Positions 27,072 to 35,113 of a stretch of DNA of 64,000 nt are shown piece by piece. The position numbers and the translations under genes are program-made. The notes below the pieces were generated by a model. The model did not search any database and was not told where the DNA came from. It saw only the letters and a list, made by a program, of their open reading frames with translations. Each line of letters opens with the position of its first letter. Position 1 is the first letter of the stretch. This stretch comes from Kiloniellaceae bacterium (GTDB lineage: Bacteria; Pseudomonadota; Alphaproteobacteria; Kiloniellales; Kiloniellaceae): contig JBHJOA010000016.1 of the NCBI GenBank assembly GCA_050330205.1, positions 21,637 through 85,636 of the forward strand. The letters are read 5' to 3'.

Positions 27072-29891
27072 ATGACGCCTGGGCGGTCAGCCGCGACGAG
27101 CCCCGCCGCTGGCCTGGACTGGCGGCATGGGAGCCTGCGCCAGGTGATCGCCGGGCTGGCCCGTTTCGGCGACATTCCGGCAATCCTGACCCTCGGCGAG
27201 TCGGAGCCGCGCCAGGTCACCTTTCGCCAACTGTCGGAGCGGGTTGGGCGCCTCGCCCGCAGCCTGACCCGCCGGGGTCTCGGGGAGAACAGACGGGTAG
27301 GCATCCTGGCCGCCAACGATCCCGACTGGATCGCTGCTGCCCTCGCCGTGATCGACGCCGGCGGCGTGGCGGTACCACTCGACGCCAGGCTGGACGAGGA
27401 GTCGCTGCGGCACATCCTGGCCGACTGTGCCGCCCGGCTGCTCATCGTCGGGGAACAGGAACAGAGCCGCATCGCGCGACTCTGCCCGGCAGGCGTCGAG
27501 CTGATCCCGCTGGAGGGCCTATGGGAGGCCCTCGATACGGAGGAGTCGGAACCCGCCGCCGCGGCGCAGACCCGGCCGGAACCGGACGGCGACGACCCGG
27601 CGGTCATCTTCTACACCTCCGGCACTACGGGGCTGCCGAAAGGCGTCCCCCTCACCCACCGCAACCTCCTGTTCGAACTGGACAGCCTGCTGTCGGTCGG
27701 CCTCATGTCCGAGGGCGAGCGGCTGCTGCTGCCGCTGCCGCTCCACCATGTCTATCCCTTCGTCGTCGGCATGCTGGCGCCGCTGGTCTACGGCGTCGGC
27801 ATCGTGCTGCCGCAGTCGATGACGGGACCGCACATCCTGGAGGCGACCCGCGGCTTCGACGTCTCGACGGTGATCGGCGTGCCGCGGCTCTACGAGGCCC
27901 TGGTCTCGGCGGTCGAAAGCCGCGTCGCGGCGCGCGGCGCGGTGGCGCACCTGCTCTATCGGACGGTCCTGAAGGTCAGCCTTCTCGGCCGCCGGTACCT
28001 CTCGCTGCATCTCGGCAGGCTGCTGCTGCGCCCGCTGCACCGCCAGTTCGGCACCCGGCTGCGCCTGATGGCATCCGGCGGCGCCGCGCTCGACGCCGGC
28101 CTCGCCTGGAAGATGGAGGCCCTCGGGTGGACCGTGGCCACCGGCTACGGCCTGACCGAGACAGCGCCGCTGGCAGCCCTCGTCCGGCCCGGCGATTCGC
28201 ACTTTGAGAGCGCCGGCAAACCCTTGCCGGGCGTCGAGTTGCGCATCGCACCCCTGGCCCGGAAAACGGACAACGACGGGACAGCGGAGGAAGCGACGCC
28301 GGAGGGACGGATCGAGGACGGGGAGATCGGCGAAATCCAGCTGCGCGGTCCCAATGTCTTCGACGGTTACCTAGGTCTTCCCGAAAAGTCGGCCGAAGCC
28401 TTCACCGGCGACGGCTGGTTCAGAACCGAGGATCGCGGCTACCTCGACCGGGAGGGCTATCTGCACGTCCTCGGCCGCAGCTCCACCTTCGTGGTCACCG
28501 CCGCCGGTAAGAACATTTCGCTCGAAGAACTCGAGCGCCGTTACCAGGGACACCTGGCGATCAGGGAGATCGGCATCTTCATGCGCGACGGGCGGCTGGC
28601 CGGACTCGTGGTGCCGGAGCCGGCGGCCTTGCGCAATGCTGACGGCGGCGCGCCCGACGAAGTCGTCCGCGAAGCCGTCCGGGCGGTGGCGCGGCAGCTG
28701 CCGCGCTATGAACGCATCGACGACATTGCCGTGGTTCGCGATGCCCTTTCGCGCACGCGACTCGGCAAGATCCGCCGCGACAAGCTGCACCGTCGCTTCG
28801 ACGCCGCGTGCAGCGAGGGCGAGGCAGAGCCGAGCGGGCCGATGCCGGTGGAGGAGATGCCCGGCGAGGATCAGGCCCTGCTGGAGCGGGCCCCGGCCCG
28901 CGCCGTCTGGGAATTTCTCTGCGTGCGCTACCCGGCGCTGCGGCTGACCCCCGACAGCGATGTCGCCCGCGACCTCGGCGTCGATTCCCTGGGCTGGATC
29001 GACCTTACCCTGGAGATCCGCGAGCGCTGCGGCGTGGCGCTCAGCGAAGCGGCGACGGCGCGCATCGAAAGCCTGCGCGACCTGCTGCAGGAAGCGGTCG
29101 CCGCCGCCGGCCGCAGCGGCGTGCAGGCCGCCGCCCTGGAAGACGACCCGGAGAGCTATCTGACGGAGCGCCAGAAGCGCTGGCTGAAGCCGCTGAGCGC
29201 CGTCGAGAGCGCCCTCGCCTGGCCGATCTACCACCTCAACCGCGCGCTGGTGCGTGCCTTCTTCCAGGTCAGGGTATCCGGTCTGGAGCATCTTCGCGAA
29301 GCCGGCCAGATGATCCTGACGCCGAACCATGCCAGCGTGCTCGATCCCTTCGTGATCGCCGCCGTGGTGCCCTACGACATCCTGAGGCGCAGCGCCTTTG
29401 CCGGCTGGACGGGAATGGCCTTCGCCAATCCTCTCTACCGCTTCGTCGTGCGCCTCGGCCGCACCCTGCCGGTGGAGCACGACCGGGCCGCATTCTCGAG
29501 TCTTGCCGCCGCGCTCGTCGCCCTGCGCGACGGCATGAGCCTGATCTGGTTCCCGGAGGGACAGCGCTCCGGCGACGGCCGCCTGCAACGCTTCATGCCC
29601 GGGATCGGTGCCTTGCTGTCCAGGTCGCCGGCGACCGTGGTGCCAGCATTCATCGCCGGCACTTTCGAGGCCATGCCGCGGGGCCGGCGCCTGCCGCGCC
29701 CGGGGCGCATTGAGGTGGTCTTCGCGCCGCCCTGCAATCGCGAGGCGCTCGATCGGAGCGGGAAAGGCGACCGCGCGGAAACCCGCATCGCCGAGGCGCT
29801 GCACCGGCGGCTCGAGGAGTTGCAGGCAATGTCGGAGCGGAAGGGCGGGCCGGCCGACCCGAAGGAAAATGGTGGGCGTACCTGGGATTGA
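27072..29891 (+). CDS. tri-domain fusion: AMP-dependent fatty-acyl adenylase/ligase, phosphopantetheine carrier domain, PlsC-type acyltransferase
   Basis: 939 aa from ATG 27072 (GAGAGGAGG SD 7 nt upstream). Adenylation motifs YTSGTTGLPKGV, GWFRTEDRGYLDREGYLHVLGR and GKIRRDKL. Carrier motif LGVDSLG (Ser639, codon 28986-28988). Acyltransferase motifs NHASVLD (H753..D758, HX4D) and FPEGQRS. Confidence 0.85.
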   Translation: MTPGRSAATSPAAGLDWRHGSLRQVIAGLARFGDIPAILTLGESEPRQVTFRQLSERVGRLARSLTRRGLGENRRVGILAANDPDWIAAALAVIDAGGVAVPLDARLDEESLRHILADCAARLLIVGEQEQSRIARLCPAGVELIPLEGLWEALDTEESEPAAAAQTRPEPDGDDPAVIFYTSGTTGLPKGVPLTHRNLLFELDSLLSVGLMSEGERLLLPLPLHHVYPFVVGMLAPLVYGVGIVLPQSMTGPHILEATRGFDVSTVIGVPRLYEALVSAVESRVAARGAVAHLLYRTVLKVSLLGRRYLSLHLGRLLLRPLHRQFGTRLRLMASGGAALDAGLAWKMEALGWTVATGYGLTETAPLAALVRPGDSHFESAGKPLPGVELRIAPLARKTDNDGTAEEATPEGRIEDGEIGEIQLRGPNVFDGYLGLPEKSAEAFTGDGWFRTEDRGYLDREGYLHVLGRSSTFVVTAAGKNISLEELERRYQGHLAIREIGIFMRDGRLAGLVVPEPAALRNADGGAPDEVVREAVRAVARQLPRYERIDDIAVVRDALSRTRLGKIRRDKLHRRFDAACSEGEAEPSGPMPVEEMPGEDQALLERAPARAVWEFLCVRYPALRLTPDSDVARDLGVDSLGWIDLTLEIRERCGVALSEAATARIESLRDLLQEAVAAAGRSGVQAAALEDDPESYLTERQKRWLKPLSAVESALAWPIYHLNRALVRAFFQVRVSGLEHLREAGQMILTPNHASVLDPFVIAAVVPYDILRRSAFAGWTGMAFANPLYRFVVRLGRTLPVEHDRAAFSSLAAALVALRDGMSLIWFPEGQRSGDGRLQRFMPGIGALLSRSPATVVPAFIAGTFEAMPRGRRLPRPGRIEVVFAPPCNREALDRSGKGDRAETRIAEALHRRLEELQAMSERKGGPADPKENGGRTWD

Positions 29892-29944
29892 ACCAGGGAC
29901 CTCCTCGATGTCAACGAGGCGCTCTCCCGCTGAGCTATACGCCC
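29870..29944 (-). tRNA. tRNA-Val (anticodon GAC), CCA encoded
   Basis: Reverse complement reads GGGCGTA-TA-GCTCAGCGGGAGAGC-G-CCTCG-TTGACAT-CGAGG-AGGTC-CCTGG-TTCAATC-CCAGG-TACGCCC-ACCA. This is a complete cloverleaf with GAC in the anticodon loop. Confidence 0.95.
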
Positions 29945-30130
29945 TCACCCCGGGACATGGTCCCGGGAGGTGTCTGCCCCCATCCCCTGACGGGGCTAAA
30001 AATTGACGGCCCTGCGGCGGGCGTCCGGGGGTTTAACGTCCGGCACTGCCGCCGGAGAGCAGGCGAAGTAGCACTATCCCCCGGCTTTTTCAAGCCTTCC
30101 CGAAGCCCGGAAAGCCAGGGTTTCGCGGCC

Positions 30131-30490
30131 TCAGGCGGATAGGATCGAATCCACTTCTTCCACCAGGTGGCGCAGGTGGAAAGGCTTGGAGAGGATGCGC
30201 GCGCCCTGGGGCGTGTGGTCCCGGTTCTTGAGGGCCACGGCGGCAAAACCAGTGATGAACATGACCTTCAGCCCCGGCTGCAGCTTGGCCGCCCGGCGCG
30301 CCAGTTCGATGCCGTCGAGGCCCGGCATTACCACGTCGGCCAGCAGCAGGTCGGCGCGGAAACCGTCCAGAGATTGCATGGCATCGAGCCCATCGCCCAC
30401 TGCCACCACATGGTGGCCGGCGTTGCGCAGCGCCTTGGCCAGGAACTCCCGCATCGAGGTGTCGTCTTCTGCAAGAAGGATTTGCGCCAT
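30131..30490 (-). CDS. cpdR: single-domain response regulator, CpdR-like
   Basis: 119 aa, receiver domain only (LLAEDD..LLLADVVMPGLDG..ILSKPF). The alphaproteobacterial CpdR pattern and the neighbourhood with the FGase-family gene support the call. Confidence 0.8.
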   Translation of the reverse strand: MAQILLAEDDTSMREFLAKALRNAGHHVVAVGDGLDAMQSLDGFRADLLLADVVMPGLDGIELARRAAKLQPGLKVMFITGFAAVALKNRDHTPQGARILSKPFHLRHLVEEVDSILSA

Positions 30491-30813
30491 GACCCCTGTG
30501 TTCGGTCCCTCGTTCTACAGTTGCCGGCTCAGTCTCTCACCGGCCGGCGCCTCCGGCAATGGAGGTGAGGCGGCGCAGGGGCCGTTAAGCATGTTGGCGG
30601 CGGTTCGCGCCAGGGGCGCCTCGCAGGGGCTGCGATTCCCCCGCCGCCGGGACAGTATAGACTAGCGGCAAGGCCCCAAGTAGACCTTAATGGACCGGCG
30701 ATGACCCGATGAGGAGGGAGTGCGTGGAGACGCCCTGACCGTCCCCTTGAATGGGGCATGACAGGCCTCCCGCTTTGGCCTAGAACGAAAGCTTCAAACA
30801 ATCCCGCAGAGAT

Positions 30814-31698
30814 ATGGACGCGATCGCGCCGAGCGCCCAGGCCCAGAAGCCTCACGAGATCATCCTGCCGGACCGGCAGACCCTGCCGCTGGTCTTCGCC
30901 TCGCCCCATAGCGGCAGCGACTATCCGGCCGACTTCCTGGCTTCCTCCCGCCTCGATCCGATCAGCCTCAGGCGGTCCGAGGACAGCTTTGTGCATGAGA
31001 TCTTCGGCTGCGCCCCGGAGATGGGGGCGCCGCTGCTGCACGCCCTGTTCCCGCGGGCTTTCGTCGACCCCAACCGCGAGCCCTACGAGCTCGACCCCGC
31101 GGTGTTCCGCGACCGCCTGCCGCCCTACGCCAACACCTCCTCGCCGCGGGTCGCCGCCGGGCTCGGCACCATCGCGCGCGTGGTCGCCAACGGCGCCAAC
31201 ATCTACCGTCGGAAGCTGACCCTGGAGGAAGGGCTGGAGAGAATCCGCAGCTACTACTGGCCGTACCACGAGGCGCTGAGGACCCTGATCGAGCGCACCA
31301 AGGAGCGCTTCGGCTACTGCATCCTGATTGACTGCCACTCGATGCCCTCCAGCGGCCGGCCGGGTCGCGGCGTCGCCAATACCGCCTTCGTGCTCGGCGA
31401 CTGCCACGGCACCACCTGCTCTCCGGCGGTGACCCGGACCGTCGAGCAGGTGCTGAGCGCCAAGGGCTACCAGGTCGTGCGCAACACCCCCTATGCCGGC
31501 GGCTTCGTCACCCGCCACTACGGCAAGCCGCAGGCCTGTGTCCACGGCCTGCAGATCGAAATCAATCGCCATATCTATATGGACGAGTCGCGCATCGAGC
31601 GGCGGCCGGCCCTTAAGGCTTTGGCGCAGGACATGCGCGACCTGGTGAGCGCCCTGGGTAGCCTGGATCCGGCGCAGCTGAACGGGACCCGGCAGTGA
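30814..31698 (+). CDS. N-formylglutamate amidohydrolase family protein
   Basis: 294 aa. FGase family motifs (LVFASPHSG, LIDCHSMPS). Confidence 0.88.
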   Translation: MDAIAPSAQAQKPHEIILPDRQTLPLVFASPHSGSDYPADFLASSRLDPISLRRSEDSFVHEIFGCAPEMGAPLLHALFPRAFVDPNREPYELDPAVFRDRLPPYANTSSPRVAAGLGTIARVVANGANIYRRKLTLEEGLERIRSYYWPYHEALRTLIERTKERFGYCILIDCHSMPSSGRPGRGVANTAFVLGDCHGTTCSPAVTRTVEQVLSAKGYQVVRNTPYAGGFVTRHYGKPQACVHGLQIEINRHIYMDESRIERRPALKALAQDMRDLVSALGSLDPAQLNGTRQ

Positions 31699-32264
31699 GC
31701 GAGACCTTGTCCCGGGGGGAAACGCAGGCGGCCGGCCTGACCCTGCGCCCGGCGACGGCCGAGGATGTCCCGGCGATCCAGGCAATCTATGCCCACCACG
31801 TACTGCACGGCATCGCCTCCTTCGAGGAGGAACCGCCTGACCAGGCCGAGATGCAGCGCCGCCTGGGCGATATCCTGGCCCGCGGCCTGCCGTACCTGGT
31901 GGCCGAGGACCGGCCTGGCAGCGGCGCCATCCTGGGCTATGCCTACGCCAGCACCTACAGGGCGCGCCCGGCCTACCGCTTCACCCTGGAGGACTCGGTC
32001 TACGTGCTGCCCGGCAAAGGCGGCAAGGGGATCGGATCGGCCCTGCTGGGCGAGCTGATCGCCCGCTGCGAAAGCCTCGGTTACCGGCAGATGATCGCGG
32101 TGATCGGCGACAGCGCCAACGCCGGCTCGATCCGGCTGCATGCCCGCCATGGTTTCCGCGAAGTCGGCACGCTGGCTTCGGTCGGCTTCAAGCATGGCCG
32201 CTGGATCGATTCCGTCTACATGCAGCGCGCGCTGGGGGCCGGCGACAGCACCCTTCCGGCTTGA
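31695..32264 (+). CDS. GNAT N-acetyltransferase (phosphinothricin/MSO acetyltransferase-like)
   Basis: 189 aa. GTG start overlapping the upstream stop. Acetyl-CoA binding region VLPGKGGKGIGSALL. Confidence 0.85.
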   Translation: MSETLSRGETQAAGLTLRPATAEDVPAIQAIYAHHVLHGIASFEEEPPDQAEMQRRLGDILARGLPYLVAEDRPGSGAILGYAYASTYRARPAYRFTLEDSVYVLPGKGGKGIGSALLGELIARCESLGYRQMIAVIGDSANAGSIRLHARHGFREVGTLASVGFKHGRWIDSVYMQRALGAGDSTLPA

Positions 32265-32316
32265 CTCGCAGCTGCCGCGGCGCCGCGCGCGAATCCTGCC
32301 CCGGCTCCTGATTCCG

Positions 32317-32346
32317 AAAAAAAAAGGGCCGCGACAAGCGCGGCCC
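32317..32346 (-). terminator. strong intrinsic terminator on the minus strand
   Basis: Minus strand GGGCCGCG-CTTGT-CGCGGCCC followed by T9. No protein gene on the minus strand feeds into it. Confidence 0.8.
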
Positions 32347-32412
32347 AAGTTTAGGGAGGAAATGCCCTATGGAACTGCGGCAGGCCCCGGCAAAGCCGTC
32401 TCCATACCGCAG
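32317..32412 (-). ncRNA. candidate ~95-nt trans-acting sRNA (5' stem-loop, single-stranded CCUCCC region, terminator)
   Basis: Bounded by the predicted promoter (32446-32418) and the T9 terminator. 5' hairpin CUGCGG..CCGCAG (32412-32375). A 28-nt linker UUCCAUAGGGCAUUUCCUCCCUAAACUU carries an anti-Shine-Dalgarno CCUCCC (32359-32354). Confidence 0.45.
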
Positions 32413-32417
32413 TGCAC

Positions 32418-32446
32418 AATATGCGCCCGCCCGCCGGGGAGTTCAA
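32418..32446 (-). promoter_or_regulatory. sigma70-like promoter of the candidate sRNA
   Basis: Minus strand TTGAAC (32446-32441), N17, CATATT (32423-32418). An AT-rich stretch lies upstream. Confidence 0.35.
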
Positions 32447-32635
32447 TGGAAAAGTTATCAATTCATTGATCCACTTATTATTTTCTAGAAAGATTGAACA
32501 CGGAACGAACACTATCCCGGATGGAATATTGCAATGCGGCAGAGAAATTCGGGTCCCCTCGTCCCGACTGCCGCCCTCTGGCACACGGATTGCTGCCCAT
32601 AGCGGTAGAAGTCGTCCGGAAACCGAGGTGCCGTC

Positions 32636-33253
32636 TTGCCCCGCCTGCTCTTGAGAATTGCCGTCCTTGCCCTGGGCCTTACCGCGCCCGCTTCGCTGTC
32701 GGCAGAAGAAGCCCTTGATTCTCCTTGGACTCTCTGCCGTGAGGCGGCGGGGTGGGCGGAACAGGCCCGCGACCTCCCGCCGCACCTGCTGACGGCGATC
32801 GCCCTCACCGAGTCCGGGCGCTGGCACGGCGATCGATCGGAAACTCTTGCCTGGCCCTGGACCGTCATGGCCGAGGGCGAAGGGCGATTCCTGCCCAGCA
32901 AGGCCGCCGCCATCGAAACCGTCCGCGCCCTGCAGGCGCGCGGCATCCGCAACATCGACGTCGGCTGCATGCAGGTGAACCTGCACTACCATCCCGAGGC
33001 CTTCGAGTCGCTGGAGACCGCCTTCGACCCGGCCGCCAACGTCGCCTACGCCGCCGGCTTCCTGGTCGAGTTGCGCCAGGAGGCGCGTTCCTGGACCCGC
33101 GCGGTGGGTCAGTACCACTCGCGACAGACGATCCGCGGCAACGGCTATCGCGCCAAAGTGTTCAAGGCCTGGCGCGAGGAGCGCCACCGCGCCAACCGCG
33201 CGCGCCAGGCGGCGTTGCGGGCCGAACGCGAAGCCCGCGACGGCAATTCTTAG
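32636..33253 (+). CDS. lytic transglycosylase (SLT domain), secreted
   Basis: 205 aa. TTG start with GAGG SD 7 nt upstream. Signal peptide. Catalytic-Glu region LLTAIALTESGRW. DVGCMQVN. Confidence 0.85.
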   Translation: MPRLLLRIAVLALGLTAPASLSAEEALDSPWTLCREAAGWAEQARDLPPHLLTAIALTESGRWHGDRSETLAWPWTVMAEGEGRFLPSKAAAIETVRALQARGIRNIDVGCMQVNLHYHPEAFESLETAFDPAANVAYAAGFLVELRQEARSWTRAVGQYHSRQTIRGNGYRAKVFKAWREERHRANRARQAALRAEREARDGNS

Positions 33254-33576
33254 AGCTTAGGCGTGCCGTAGAAGTCGACCGGCACCATCAGTTTGTTGGA
33301 TTGCGAAACCAGGGCGCCGAGTTCGGCCGAGCGCCTCTGGTAGTCCTGCCAGTCCGGATCGGCGATCATCGCCGCGCGCTTCGTCTCGCGGTCGGCGGCA
33401 TTGTCGTACACCCAGATGTGGACGTATTCGTTGGGATCGCCGGTTTCCGTGCGCAGATAGGCCAGCGGTTCTCCCAGGTGCCGGGTCTGCGCCGGCTTGC
33501 CGTACTTCGCGTAAATCTCGAAATGGGCCTTCAGCAGGCCCGGCTTCACTCGATAGGTGCGAACGTCCAGGAGCAT
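33250..33576 (-). CDS. NIPSNAP family protein
   Basis: 108 aa. MLLDVRTYRVKPG..YVHIWVYDN.ADRE pattern typical of the NIPSNAP dimeric alpha-beta barrel. Confidence 0.85.
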   Translation of the reverse strand: MLLDVRTYRVKPGLLKAHFEIYAKYGKPAQTRHLGEPLAYLRTETGDPNEYVHIWVYDNAADRETKRAAMIADPDWQDYQRRSAELGALVSQSNKLMVPVDFYGTPKL

Positions 33577-33683
33577 CGATTCCTTACCTTTGTTTCACTG
33601 TCATACGATAGACTTGGTCATATCACGAAGGTGCGTGCCCGACCCGATTGCGATTTGCCGGAACCCTCACCGTAAGGAGGACG

Positions 33684-34259
33684 TTGCGGCAAGCCTGCTG
33701 CGGCGCCAACATGGTCCCGATGAACGAAAAGCTGGAAGACATCCAAGCGACCGAGATCGAGTCCGACAGCGAACTCGCACGCTATCCCGACCTCGCCTTC
33801 GCGCGCGACTATTGGGCCCGCAAGCGCGGCCATCGCTTCGCACCGGCGCGCGCCGACATCGATCCGTTGGAAATCACCGCCATTCTGCCCCGCATCATGC
33901 TGGCCGACGTCGAGTGCGACAGCGAAGGACCGACCGGCTTCCGCTATCGCCTGAGCGGAACCGGGATCGGCGAAATCCATGGCCTCGAACTGACCGGCCG
34001 ACGGCCGGGCGACCTGAGGCCTGCGCCCTACGGCCGCTTGGTCGAAGCCCACTACCGCGAAGCAGTCGGGCGGCGAAGCCCGCTGGCCCATATCATCGCA
34101 TTGCAGACCAACACGAAGTCCCGTTCCTATGCGCGGATCATTCTGCCGCTTTCGGCTGACGGCGAGACGGTCGACATGCTTATGATCGTCGACAGCGACA
34201 CCGACAATACGCTGCAAGAATTCCTCGAAACCATCGAGGCGCTCGCCTGCCACCCCTAG
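33684..34259 (+). CDS. PAS_5-type PAS domain protein
   Basis: Alphaproteobacterial PAS_5 pattern (YW..KRG.R..P.R.DIDP.EI..ILP...L..V......FRYRLSGTGIGEIHG.ELTGR). An in-frame TTG at 33684 follows TAAGGAGG. The ATGs at 33711 and 33720 are alternative starts. Confidence 0.75.
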   Translation: MRQACCGANMVPMNEKLEDIQATEIESDSELARYPDLAFARDYWARKRGHRFAPARADIDPLEITAILPRIMLADVECDSEGPTGFRYRLSGTGIGEIHGLELTGRRPGDLRPAPYGRLVEAHYREAVGRRSPLAHIIALQTNTKSRSYARIILPLSADGETVDMLMIVDSDTDNTLQEFLETIEALACHP

Positions 34260-35113
34260 TCCCATGCGACCTCGCCCTGCATGGCGAGAAAGCCGTCGGG
34301 ATCGACCACCCAGAGGTCGGCGCGCTGCGCCTGCTCGTCCGGCGCGCCGCAAACCGTGAAAGATCTGGTGTCGAAAATCGGCCGCTTGGCGCGGAAGCTG
34401 AAGCGTGTAGCGCGCGCCCGCGGCAGGTGGCGGCGCAGTTGGCCGACCATCAGCGTCGCCAGCAGAGGCCCATGCACGATGAGTCCGGGATAACCCTCCT
34501 CCATCGTCGTGTAAGGCTGGTCGTAGTGGATGCGGTGGCCATTGAAGGTGAGCGCGGAGTAGCGGAACAGCAGCACCGGTGAGGGCACAATCTCCTGCCG
34601 CCAGGCGCCGTCGGCAGGCGGTGCCTCGCCCGGCGGCAGGAAGGGCCCCTTCTCGCCCGCCTCGCGGTAGACGATGTCGTGCTCCTCGACGATGCACGGC
34701 CCCGACCCGTCGGAGACCACGTGCTCGACGGTGACAAAGGCCAGGCGCCCGCTGCGCCCGGACTTCTCCGAAACGGATTTGATGGTGGAGCGGCGCGTCG
34801 CCTCGCTGCCGACCTCGAGAGGTCGCGGAAACTCGACGCGGCTGCCCGCCCACATGCGTCGCGGCAGTTCGATGGGCGGCAGGAAGCCGCCGCGCGCCGC
34901 GTGGCCGTCGCGGCCGAGCTCCGCGGTCGGCGCCAGCGACCAGAAGTAGGCCCAGTGCCACAGCGGCGGCAGGGCATCGCCCGGATGCAGCGGCGGCGCG
35001 GCGTCGTCCAATGTCGCCTGCAGGGCCTGCGCGCGCGCCGCTCCGATCGTGTCGCCCAGTTGCTCCTGGCGCCCGACCCACCGGGTCCAGCCATCGGCCG
35101 TCGTCCCGCTCAT
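34256..35113 (-). CDS. double-hotdog MaoC-type enoyl-CoA hydratase (itaconyl-/mesaconyl-CoA hydratase-like)
   Basis: 285 aa from ATG 35113 (ATGA overlap with the upstream stop). N-terminal FAS1-like hotdog plus C-terminal MaoC dehydratase (GYPGLIVHGPLLATL). Confidence 0.83.
   Translation of the reverse strand: MSGTTADGWTRWVGRQEQLGDTIGAARAQALQATLDDAAPPLHPGDALPPLWHWAYFWSLAPTAELGRDGHAARGGFLPPIELPRRMWAGSRVEFPRPLEVGSEATRRSTIKSVSEKSGRSGRLAFVTVEHVVSDGSGPCIVEEHDIVYREAGEKGPFLPPGEAPPADGAWRQEIVPSPVLLFRYSALTFNGHRIHYDQPYTTMEEGYPGLIVHGPLLATLMVGQLRRHLPRARATRFSFRAKRPIFDTRSFTVCGAPDEQAQRADLWVVDPDGFLAMQGEVAWD

Noticed and set aside
29870-30130. tRNA-Val as a possible integration hotspot, and a long-range CCGGGGG..CCCCCGG stem followed by T5 (about 30034-30091)
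   Set aside because: No integrase, excisionase or phage genes flank the tRNA, and I noticed no direct repeat of its 3' end. The flanking genes (cpdR, the FGase-family gene) are core alphaproteobacterial genes. The stem encloses 47 nt and is not a canonical terminator.
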